Origin: Euryarchaeota archaeon UBA596
GTDB lineage: Archaea > Thermoplasmatota > Poseidoniia > Poseidoniales > Poseidoniaceae
Assembly (NCBI GenBank): GCA_002498205.1
Contig: DAGQ01000015.1
Location: 1-32,874, forward strand
Direction: 5' to 3'
DNA length: 32,874 nt
The position numbers were made by a program, and so were the translations under genes. The notes beneath the pieces are model-generated. The model saw only the letters and a program-made list of their open reading frames with translations. It was not told the DNA's origin and ran no database searches. This document shows positions 25,475-32,874 of the stretch, piece by piece (the stretch's first letter is position 1; each line of letters starts with the position of its first letter).

Positions 25475-27502
25475 TTAGTTTTTAGGAGTCAAACTATACA
25501 TTTTATTTTTTGTATTAATTTCTTCAAGAATTTCTGAAACAAATTGTTCTACGGGTATTCCATTTCTTTGAGCATTATTCAATCCACGAATACTAACTTG
25601 AGTATTATTAACTTCTTCATCACCAAGTATTAGCGTGTATGGTGGCCTTAGTTTTCTCAAATTCTTTATTTTTTTGCCAATAGTTGAATCAGAAAAATCA
25701 GTATCAATTCTTATTCCTAATGAATGTAGTTTTTCAGCAATCATTCTTCCATAATCTGAATGTTTTTCAGAAATAGTAGCAATTGCTACTTGAGTTGGTG
25801 ATAACCAAGTAGGAAATTTCCCAGCAAAATGTTCTATTAAAACTCCACAAAACCGTTCCATGGAACCAAATGGTGCTCGATGAATCATTACTGGTCGATG
25901 CATTTTTCCATCGGCTCCAGCAAATTGCAAATCAAATCTTTCAGGTAGATTATAATCTACTTGTACTGTACCTAATTGCCATTCTCTTCCAAGTACATCT
26001 TTAACTACAAAGTCAATTTTAGGTCCATAAAAAGCGGCTTCTCCTGGCTCTTCAGAAAATTCAACACCAAGGGATTTAGCTGCATTTCTACATGCATCTT
26101 CAGCTGCATCCCATAGATTTTCTAAGCCTACATATTTACTACTATCAGGATCTCTTAAACCAACTCTGACCCTATAATTCTCCATTCCTAATGTTGAAAA
26201 AATAGTTTTTACTAAACTAAGACATCCTAGTAGTTCATCTTCAATTTGATCTTTACGGCAGAAAAGATGAGCATCATCTTGAGTAAAACCTCTAACTCTT
26301 GTCATTCCACTGATTTCTCCTGATTGTTCCCATCTGTATACCGTTCCAAATTCAGCTAATCTTAATGGTAAATCTCTGTAAGATCTAGGTTGTGAAGAAT
26401 ATATTTTGATATGGTGAGGACAATTCATCGGTTTCAGTAAATATCCATCAATTTCACCTTCTTCCATTTTATTCGCTAAATCAGAACAAGAACAACCTTC
26501 ATTAGCAAATTTTTTCATTTGTTCATGATTAATTAATGGCGGATATTGACTTTCTTGGTAGTAAGGGAAGTGTCCACTTGCCTTGTAAAGGTCTAATTTA
26601 CCTACATGTGGGGTAAAAACTTGTTTGTAATATTGTTTGTGAAGTTCAGAAGAAATAAAATTTTGTAATTCTTGACGAATACTAGCCCCTCTCGGGGTCC
26701 AAAGAATTAGTCCTTGACCTACTGTTTCATCAATATGAAATAATTTCATATCTTTTCCAATTACTCTATGATCTCTTAATTTTGCCTCTGAAAGCTGTTT
26801 TATACGCTCTTTGAGTAAATGTTTAGATGGATATACCATTCCATAAATTCGTACTAATTGTTCTTTGGATTGATCTCCTCTCCAATAAGCAGATGAAATT
26901 GAAGTTAATTTAAAATGCATTAAATTTGAAGTTGATGGTACATGAGGACCAAGACATAAATCATACCAATCTCCTTGACGATAAATTGTTGAACCCGTAC
27001 CTTCTCCAATTTTTTCATTAATAATTTCAAGTTTGTATGGATTATTTTCATAGAGTTGCTTTAATTTTTCTTGTGAATATTCAATCCTTTCTATTTTCAA
27101 ATTTTTTCTACATAATTCTTCCATCTTCTTTTCAATTGATCTTAAATCATCTTCTCCAATGTTTTCCATTGCAAAATCATAATAAAATCCATTTTCTACT
27201 GGAGGTCCTATTGTTGGTTTAGCATTTGGATATAGTTCAGAAACTGCTTGTGCTAAAAGATGTGCACAAGAGTGTCTTAGAATATACATGCCTTCATCTG
27301 ATTCAGTTTTAATTCCCTCAATTTCACAATTCTCTAAAATCTCATATGAAAGATCTCTTTGTATTCCATCGATTCTTGCTGCAACACACCCATGTTTTTT
27401 ACCATGAATATCAATAATTACTTCTGCAGCAGTAATTCCAGAAACGTATTCATTGACTTCATTTGTTTCCAAAACCACCGATATTAATGACATGGTTATC
27501 AT
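25475..27502 (-). CDS. thrS: Threonine--tRNA ligase with N-terminal TGS and bacterial-type (N2) editing domains
   Basis: TGS-like N-terminus, editing-domain motif LRHSCAHLLAQAV, class II motifs (YRDLPLRLAEFGTVYRWE; FTQDDAHLFC; HRAPFGSMERF) and a C-terminal anticodon-binding domain. The start could instead be ATG 27493 (MSLIS...). Confidence 0.97.
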   Translation of the reverse strand: MITMSLISVVLETNEVNEYVSGITAAEVIIDIHGKKHGCVAARIDGIQRDLSYEILENCEIEGIKTESDEGMYILRHSCAHLLAQAVSELYPNAKPTIGPPVENGFYYDFAMENIGEDDLRSIEKKMEELCRKNLKIERIEYSQEKLKQLYENNPYKLEIINEKIGEGTGSTIYRQGDWYDLCLGPHVPSTSNLMHFKLTSISSAYWRGDQSKEQLVRIYGMVYPSKHLLKERIKQLSEAKLRDHRVIGKDMKLFHIDETVGQGLILWTPRGASIRQELQNFISSELHKQYYKQVFTPHVGKLDLYKASGHFPYYQESQYPPLINHEQMKKFANEGCSCSDLANKMEEGEIDGYLLKPMNCPHHIKIYSSQPRSYRDLPLRLAEFGTVYRWEQSGEISGMTRVRGFTQDDAHLFCRKDQIEDELLGCLSLVKTIFSTLGMENYRVRVGLRDPDSSKYVGLENLWDAAEDACRNAAKSLGVEFSEEPGEAAFYGPKIDFVVKDVLGREWQLGTVQVDYNLPERFDLQFAGADGKMHRPVMIHRAPFGSMERFCGVLIEHFAGKFPTWLSPTQVAIATISEKHSDYGRMIAEKLHSLGIRIDTDFSDSTIGKKIKNLRKLRPPYTLILGDEEVNNTQVSIRGLNNAQRNGIPVEQFVSEILEEINTKNKMYSLTPKN

Positions 27503-27585
27503 ACTCGCGTTTATGTGGTTATATTTGACAGCGACGCCTCATCAGGCACTAGTTGTGTTATTATGGTGATTCGTTACGTAGTGTC

Positions 27586-28746
27586 GTGGCGCGAATTGGT
27601 GTATTGGTAAATCCTGATGCTGGTCTTGGAGGTAAGTTAGGTTTCAAGGGTAGTGATGGTCGCGCTGAAGAGGCTAGATCTTCTGGTGCTAAAGATCGTG
27701 CAGGGCCTAGGATGAAGGATGCTATGGAGCATGTTTTCAAATTAATCCAATCAAAAAAGTGTTTGGAATTTGAGTTATTTATTTGTGGAGGGAAAATGGG
27801 AGGTAATTGGGTGAAAGATATACCATTTTCAAATTTGAAAATCATTGGTGATTGGCATGGAAAAACTTCAGCAAAAGACACATCTTTAGCTGTAGAATTA
27901 CTTTTAGAAGAAGATATAGATTTAATTTTTTATGCAGGAGGAGATGGAACTACAAGAGATATTATTGAAAAATTAGATTCATTAGATTCTTTGGAAGTAC
28001 CCTTAATCGGAGTTCCATCAGGAGTAAAAATGTATTCTGGCTGTTTTGCAGAAGATACTTTGGCTGCAGCAGAAGTTTTAGCAGCATGGATAAATGGAGA
28101 TTTAGGTTTTTCAACTACTGAAGTTCTTGATATGGATGAAGAGTCATATCGCTTAGGAGAGTGGAAAATAGATATGTTTGGCCAGGCAATTACTCCTGCA
28201 AGTCCTCTTTGGATTCAAGGTAGTAAGCATCAAGTTCAAGCAGTTGGCGAAGATGAAGTTTTAGAATCATTAAGTGAACATATTATGGAACTTTATGTAG
28301 AAAACGAAAATTGTTTAATTGTTTGGGGAGCTGGAGGAAGTTTGAATAAAATTGCAAAACTTTGTCATTTGGAAACAACTCTTCTTGGGATCGATATTAG
28401 TAAAGGAAACGAATTAATAGGCGCTGATTTATCAGAAAAAGAATTAATTTCCATTTTAGAAAATTTTTCTGGAAATGAGATCGTTTTATTATTATCTCCA
28501 ATGGGGGGTCAAGGGTTTTTGATTGGGAGAGGGAATTTACAATTATCTCCCGATGTTTTAAGGAAAATTGGAATTGATAATATCATGGGGGTTGCAACAC
28601 CTGCAAAATTACTTTCAATCTCTCGAATTAGGATAGATACAGGAGATACTTTACTGGATAAAGAAATTAGAGGGAAAAAATATATTAAAATGATACAAGG
28701 ATATAGAACAATAAAAATTGTGAAAATAGAATCACCAAATAACTAA
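27586..28746 (+). CDS. ATP-NAD kinase-like protein (COG3199 family)
   Basis: N-terminal [23 protein letters not shown] and diacylglycerol/NAD-kinase motif [11 protein letters not shown]. Start uncertain: in-frame GTG 27586 ([10 protein letters not shown]...) matches family N-termini and follows GGTGAT at 27565-27570. The track's TTG 27553 is the alternative. Confidence 0.8.
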   Translation: MARIGVLVNPDAGLGGKLGFKGSDGRAEEARSSGAKDRAGPRMKDAMEHVFKLIQSKKCLEFELFICGGKMGGNWVKDIPFSNLKIIGDWHGKTSAKDTSLAVELLLEEDIDLIFYAGGDGTTRDIIEKLDSLDSLEVPLIGVPSGVKMYSGCFAEDTLAAAEVLAAWINGDLGFSTTEVLDMDEESYRLGEWKIDMFGQAITPASPLWIQGSKHQVQAVGEDEVLESLSEHIMELYVENENCLIVWGAGGSLNKIAKLCHLETTLLGIDISKGNELIGADLSEKELISILENFSGNEIVLLLSPMGGQGFLIGRGNLQLSPDVLRKIGIDNIMGVATPAKLLSISRIRIDTGDTLLDKEIRGKKYIKMIQGYRTIKIVKIESPNN

Positions 28747-30395
28747 AATTGTTTTGATGATGCCATTAAAAAGCCATAAAATGGTGGGCTTGGTTTTGTT
28801 GGTCTTGTTTTAAATTCAGGATGGTATTGTGTGGCAAAGAAAAAAGGATGATTTGAAATCTCAACAATTTCCATTCTTTGTCCTGTATCATCTTTACCCA
28901 CAAACTTCATTCCCGCGTCCTCAATAGATTCAATTAAATCAGGATTTACTTCATACCTATGTCTATGTCTTTCGTGAATATTTTTATTGCCATTATACAA
29001 TTTAAATGCAATACTTTTTTCATCATTTATTATTGTACGCCGAGAACCTAATCTCATTGTTCCACCTAGGTGTGTTTTTGAGATTTCAGGCATATAAATT
29101 ACAACTGGATGTGGTGTATTATCATTAAATTCTGTTGAATTTGAATCTTTCCATCCTAAGACATTTCTACAAAATTCAATTACAGCAATTTGTAAACCTA
29201 GACAGATTCCAAGGTATGGGGTTGATGAAGTTCTAGCGTATTCTGCTGCCAGAATCTTTCCTTCAATTCCTCTATCTCCAAAACCACCAGGGACTAAAAT
29301 TCCATCAGCATTTTTCAATCTCTCCCACGAATCTGCATGAATTTCAGGATCGGTTTTTGCAACATTATTTTCTAAATTACTTGCTTCAATCCATTCAATA
29401 TTTAATTTTCTAGATGATGCAATAGATGCATGATTTAAAGCTTTAATTACTGATAAATAAGAGTCAGAAAGCCCCGTATATTTCCCTACCATTGCGATAC
29501 AGACCTCTTTATCTAAATCATCTATTTGTATTGCCATCGACATCCATTCATCTAATAATGGTCTATTAACTGGGATTTTAAATTTAAATTTTTGAGATAA
29601 TAATACAAGCGCTCCTTGTTGATCAAGTAAAAGAGGAACTTTGTAAATGTTTGAAACATCACTAGCAGATAGTACAGCATTTGATTCTACATGACAAAAT
29701 AATGCGATTTTTTGTCTAGCATCTTCAGTTAAACTAGTTTTAGAACGACAAATAATAACGTCGGGAGTAATACCTAACCCCCTTAATTCACGAACAGAAT
29801 GTTGTGTTGGTTTTGTTTTTTGTTCTCCAACAGGACCCATTACAGGAACCAAAGAAACATGTACAAAGCAAATATTTTCAGAGCCTACCCTAAATTGGAA
29901 TTGTCTTAATGCCTCAATAAAGGGTGCACTTTCAATATCACCCACTGTACCTCCTAGTTCTACAACACAGACATCTGCAACTTTATTTGTTCCTTGCTCT
30001 GGAACGTGAGCTACATCTTCAATCCAATCTTGAATTGAATCAGTGATATGAGGGACAACTTGTACTGTTTTTCCAAGGTAATCACCCCTTCTTTCAGATT
30101 CGATAACTTTTGAATATATTTTTCCAGTTGTTAAATTATTATCTTTTCCTAAAGTAACATCAAGAAATCGTTCATAATTTCCTAAATCTAGATCAGCTTC
30201 TCCTCCATCATCCAGAACAAAAACCTCTCCATGTTCAAACGGACTCATTGTACCAGCATCGCTATTAAGATAAGGATCAATTTTTATCGCAGTTACATTT
30301 AATCCAGCTGATTTTAGAAGTACACCGATGCTCGAAGCAGTTACACCTTTTCCCAATCCACTAAGGACTCCGCCTGACACAATCACATACTTCAC
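28743..30395 (-). CDS. pyrG: CTP synthase
   Basis: N-terminal [16 protein letters not shown] synthase-domain motif. Glutamine amidotransferase domain with GICLGLQ (catalytic Cys) and [11 protein letters not shown] start at 30395. Confidence 0.97.
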   Translation of the reverse strand: MKYVIVSGGVLSGLGKGVTASSIGVLLKSAGLNVTAIKIDPYLNSDAGTMSPFEHGEVFVLDDGGEADLDLGNYERFLDVTLGKDNNLTTGKIYSKVIESERRGDYLGKTVQVVPHITDSIQDWIEDVAHVPEQGTNKVADVCVVELGGTVGDIESAPFIEALRQFQFRVGSENICFVHVSLVPVMGPVGEQKTKPTQHSVRELRGLGITPDVIICRSKTSLTEDARQKIALFCHVESNAVLSASDVSNIYKVPLLLDQQGALVLLSQKFKFKIPVNRPLLDEWMSMAIQIDDLDKEVCIAMVGKYTGLSDSYLSVIKALNHASIASSRKLNIEWIEASNLENNVAKTDPEIHADSWERLKNADGILVPGGFGDRGIEGKILAAEYARTSSTPYLGICLGLQIAVIEFCRNVLGWKDSNSTEFNDNTPHPVVIYMPEISKTHLGGTMRLGSRRTIINDEKSIAFKLYNGNKNIHERHRHRYEVNPDLIESIEDAGMKFVGKDDTGQRMEIVEISNHPFFFATQYHPEFKTRPTKPSPPFYGFLMASSKQF

Positions 30396-30401
30396 GTTAT
30401 C

Positions 30402-30429
30402 AACGGGATACTAATCGATTTGTCCCGTT
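30402..30429 (-). promoter_or_regulatory. Inverted repeat AACGGGA-N14-TCCCGTT in the presumed pyrG 5' leader
   Basis: A 7-bp stem lies 7-34 nt upstream of the pyrG GTG (30395). A TATA-like TTATAAAAAT (minus-strand sense) sits about 55 nt upstream of the start, so the hairpin would fall within the transcript. Confidence 0.3.
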
Positions 30430-30521
30430 TAATTATCATTTTGTATTATTTTTATAATCAGGCCGATAATTTCAGGAGTTATACCTTCAGATTCAAGTAT
30501 TGTCTGCTTAGTCGCTAAGTT

Positions 30522-31472
30522 ATGGGGGGTGCTTCAGAAAGGAGAATTTTAGTCACTGGGGCACTTGGACAAATTGGGATGGAATTATTACGTGCATTGT
30601 CATTAAAACATGGTTCAGATGCAATAATAGCCACAGATATTAGAGATAATAATAATCTAGAAAAAATGGGTATTAAATTTCAAAAATTGGATATACTTGA
30701 TTTGGAAGGTTTGGAAGATATTATTAAAAATTTTGAAATTAATGAAGTATACCATTTAGCAGCAATTTTATCTGCAACAGGGGAGAAAAACCCACGTTTA
30801 TGCTGGGATATTAATGTCAATGGTTTATTGAATGTTTTAGAATTATCAAGGAAATATAAGTACAGAATTTTTTCACCATCATCAATAGCAGTTTTTGGTT
30901 CAGATGTAGGAAAACTAGCATTACAAAATTCCTCATTAAATCCTTCAACAATTTATGGAGTTACTAAAGTAACTGGCGAATTAATGGCTGAATATTATTA
31001 CTCTTCGCATAATGTTGATATTCGAGGTTTACGTTACCCCGGATTAATTTCATGGGAGGTAATGCCTGGCGGAGGAACTACTGATTATGCCGTGGAAATA
31101 TTTCATGCTGCAACATCTTCAAAGAAATATACTTGTTTTGTAGATGAAGAAACTAGACTTCCAATGATGTATATGAAAGATGCTATTAGAGCAACACTTG
31201 AATTAATGGATGCTCCAAGTGAAAAATTGACGATTAGAGGTGGATATAATTTACCTAGTTTGAGTTTTTCCGCTAAAGAACTATCTGAAAAAATTAAAGA
31301 AGAGATACCAGATTTTGAATGTGATTATGTTCCAGACCATAGGCAGGAGTATGCAAACTCTTGGCCTGATGATGTTGATGGATCAATGTCAGAAAAAGAA
31401 TGGGGATTCAGATTAGAATATGATTTAGAGTTAATGTGTAATGAAATGATAAAATCCTTAAAAAATAATTAA
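30522..31472 (+). CDS. tdh: SDR-type (GalE-like) NAD-dependent L-threonine 3-dehydrogenase / epimerase-dehydratase family protein
   Basis: ILVTGALGQIGMEL nucleotide-binding motif (the G-x-x-G-Q-I/L-G variant typical of short-chain TDH), catalytic YGVTKVTGE (YxxxK), and RGLRYPGLIS. Confidence 0.75.
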   Translation: MGGASERRILVTGALGQIGMELLRALSLKHGSDAIIATDIRDNNNLEKMGIKFQKLDILDLEGLEDIIKNFEINEVYHLAAILSATGEKNPRLCWDINVNGLLNVLELSRKYKYRIFSPSSIAVFGSDVGKLALQNSSLNPSTIYGVTKVTGELMAEYYYSSHNVDIRGLRYPGLISWEVMPGGGTTDYAVEIFHAATSSKKYTCFVDEETRLPMMYMKDAIRATLELMDAPSEKLTIRGGYNLPSLSFSAKELSEKIKEEIPDFECDYVPDHRQEYANSWPDDVDGSMSEKEWGFRLEYDLELMCNEMIKSLKNN

Positions 31473-31473
31473 A

Positions 31474-32874
31474 TCAATCATTTTCAAACTCTTCTTCGCC
31501 AATTCCTTCAGGGAAGGTAGGATCATTTTTTGCCCATAATACATCATCAATTCTAAGGATGCTAATAGCGGCCGCAGTAGAACCTGCTAAACATTGCTGA
31601 TGATTTTGTATAGATTCTACAATTCCAGAATCATACATATTGCAAATCGTTCCATTTATGATATTGATGCCTAATTTATTTGCAATTCCAGATTTAGCTG
31701 AAGCTTGTGCAGCATTTAAAGCTAAAATCTGATCAATTGGATCAAATCCAGAATTAATTGCAAGAGTTCTAGGAATTATTTCTAAAGCATCAGCATATGC
31801 AAGAATTGCTAGAGATTCTCTTCCTTCAAACTGTTCCGCCCAGTGTTTTAATTTTCTACTTAGAGCCATTTGGGTAGCACCCCCTCCTGGAAGTACTGCC
31901 CCATCTTCTAAAATTTGACAAGCTACTCCTAATGCATCAGAAAATGAGGTTTCAATTTCTTGAATTAATGTGTCACTACTTCCTCTAATTACTAATGTCA
32001 TTCCAGATTGTTTTGTTCCTTTCAAAATCCAATGTGTTACTCCAGACCAGTTTTCTTCAACACTTGATTCAAAAGAGCCTAAATCACTCTTCTTTGCATT
32101 TGCTGGAGATGCAACAATTGATGCATCACATGTTCTAGATAATAATTCAAAATCAGTTCTTTCAACTCTTCTGTAAGCACAAATTCCATTTAATTCTAAT
32201 AATCTAATTGCTGAATCATCAATTCCATCTCTACAAACTAAAATATCTGGCTTTAATTTCAAAATATCATCAATTTGTTTTGAAATTAATTCTAATTCTT
32301 TTTCTCTAAATGCAGAAATCATTGAAGGCTCAGAAAGCATAATCTTTGAAGTAATCGTAGGTTTTCTTTTTTCAATTCCTCCATCAATTATCAAAATCTT
32401 CCCTTTGGTATGATTTCTTTTCATGTCAGGACTGCATGCCTGCTTTGCTAGAACCAAACCTTCAATTAGGTAACTATCTGTTGCACCACCTCCCTTTCTT
32501 GAAATAATTTTTATGTCATTAGAATTGGCCATAATCTTACCATTTTCCATAGTTTTTGAAACACCTCTCGCTGCTTCACAAGATAGTTTAGAAAGAGCTT
32601 CTTGTAACGAACTCACTCCTTTTCCAGAAAGTGAAGTTTTTGTAACTAGTTCAAGAATATTTGAATCTGTTGAATTAATTTTTAAAGATTCTAAAAATTC
32701 TGTAGATTTTTGATATGCAAGCGAATATCCATTTGCAATTATTGATGGATGAATCCCTTTTACATATAACTCCCAAGCATTTTGTAATAGTTCTGATGCT
32801 AATAGAATTGAAGAAGTCGTCCCATCCTGTACGGTATTTTCTTGATTTGTTGCAATATCAATCAACATTTTTGC
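31474..32874 (-). CDS. Thermosome subunit (group II chaperonin). N-terminus lies beyond the window end.
   Basis: The frame stays open to the window edge (...AKMLIDIATNQENTVQDGTTSSILLASELL, matching the conserved AAKMLVEVAK.QD..vGDGTT region). Equatorial-domain motif VLPGGGATQMAL. Acidic C-terminal tail. The track start M at 32868 is internal. Confidence 0.95.
   Translation of the reverse strand, partial: AKMLIDIATNQENTVQDGTTSSILLASELLQNAWELYVKGIHPSIIANGYSLAYQKSTEFLESLKINSTDSNILELVTKTSLSGKGVSSLQEALSKLSCEAARGVSKTMENGKIMANSNDIKIISRKGGGATDSYLIEGLVLAKQACSPDMKRNHTKGKILIIDGGIEKRKPTITSKIMLSEPSMISAFREKELELISKQIDDILKLKPDILVCRDGIDDSAIRLLELNGICAYRRVERTDFELLSRTCDASIVASPANAKKSDLGSFESSVEENWSGVTHWILKGTKQSGMTLVIRGSSDTLIQEIETSFSDALGVACQILEDGAVLPGGGATQMALSRKLKHWAEQFEGRESLAILAYADALEIIPRTLAINSGFDPIDQILALNAAQASAKSGIANKLGINIINGTICNMYDSGIVESIQNHQQCLAGSTAAAISILRIDDVLWAKNDPTFPEGIGEEEFEND

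Noticed and set aside
25475-27502. The bacterial-type (TGS + N2 editing domain) ThrRS in an archaeon, considered as a horizontal-transfer signal.
   Set aside because: Bacterial-like ThrRS architecture is already known in several euryarchaeal lineages. Composition and codon usage look the same as in neighbouring genes, so nothing here marks a recent transfer.
2232-32713. Short ORFs from the track that lie antisense to or inside larger genes: 2232-2525, 2263-2493, 2797-3030, 4026-4268, 6120-6341, 7069-7281, 9312-9629, 10613-10942, 12767-12955, 21270-21566, 22041-22226, 22827-23067, 23543-23743, 23894-24118, 25068-25250, 27037-27222, 27561-27881, 31970-32176, 32513-32713.
   Set aside because: Each is fully embedded in a longer ORF with clear family motifs or coherent membrane/secretion features. 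Their translations are low-complexity or compositionally odd (Leu/Ile/Ser/Phe-rich shadow frames of AT-rich coding DNA), and none has an SD or promoter context.
1-32874. Mobile elements, prophage or defence islands, CRISPR arrays, and rRNA or tRNA genes.
   Set aside because: No transposase, integrase or Cas-like translations. No direct-repeat arrays or terminal inverted repeats seen. No spacer is long or structured enough for an RNA gene. Composition looked uniformly AT-rich by eye, with only short GC-richer patches such as 3818-3885 and 27540-27720.

Overview
AT-rich, very compact archaeal chromosomal segment, about 97% coding by my own gene calls. Thermosome, Cdc48/VAT, PyrB+PyrI and TATA-like elements about 25 nt upstream of several first-gene starts mark it as archaeal. 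Operon-internal genes carry GGTGAT Shine-Dalgarno sites. Composition and gene content suggest a streamlined planktonic euryarchaeote (Thermoplasmatota/MGII-like), but that is inference only. I call 27 protein genes. One, a partial aldehyde dehydrogenase at 1-1200(-), is missing from the supplied ORF track. I saw no rRNA, tRNA, CRISPR array, transposase or integrase. Housekeeping genes: cdc48, xth, pyrI, pyrB, thrS, pyrG, an SDR-type threonine dehydrogenase, a thermosome subunit, a Trm9-like methyltransferase next to an Ncs6/TtuA-like PP-loop thiolase, a GHMP kinase and an ATP-NAD-kinase-like protein. Regions worth a second look: (1) a tightly coupled minus-strand trio at 7997-11761: a small Roadblock/LC7 protein, a 1051-aa Roadblock + PATAN-like + coiled-coil protein with an acidic tail, and an 83-aa membrane protein, with no GTPase nearby. 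(2) cdc48 and a PRC-barrel ORF share a reading frame, separated by a single TGA, and the PRC-barrel ORF has no canonical start codon. (3) A DUF4350-like/DUF58/polytopic-membrane operon lacks the usual MoxR ATPase. (4) A SCO1 + LVIVD beta-propeller + degenerate cupredoxin envelope cluster. (5) A PKD-like surface protein coupled to a membrane-anchored helical-repeat protein. All family assignments come from motif recognition by eye; no database search was run.
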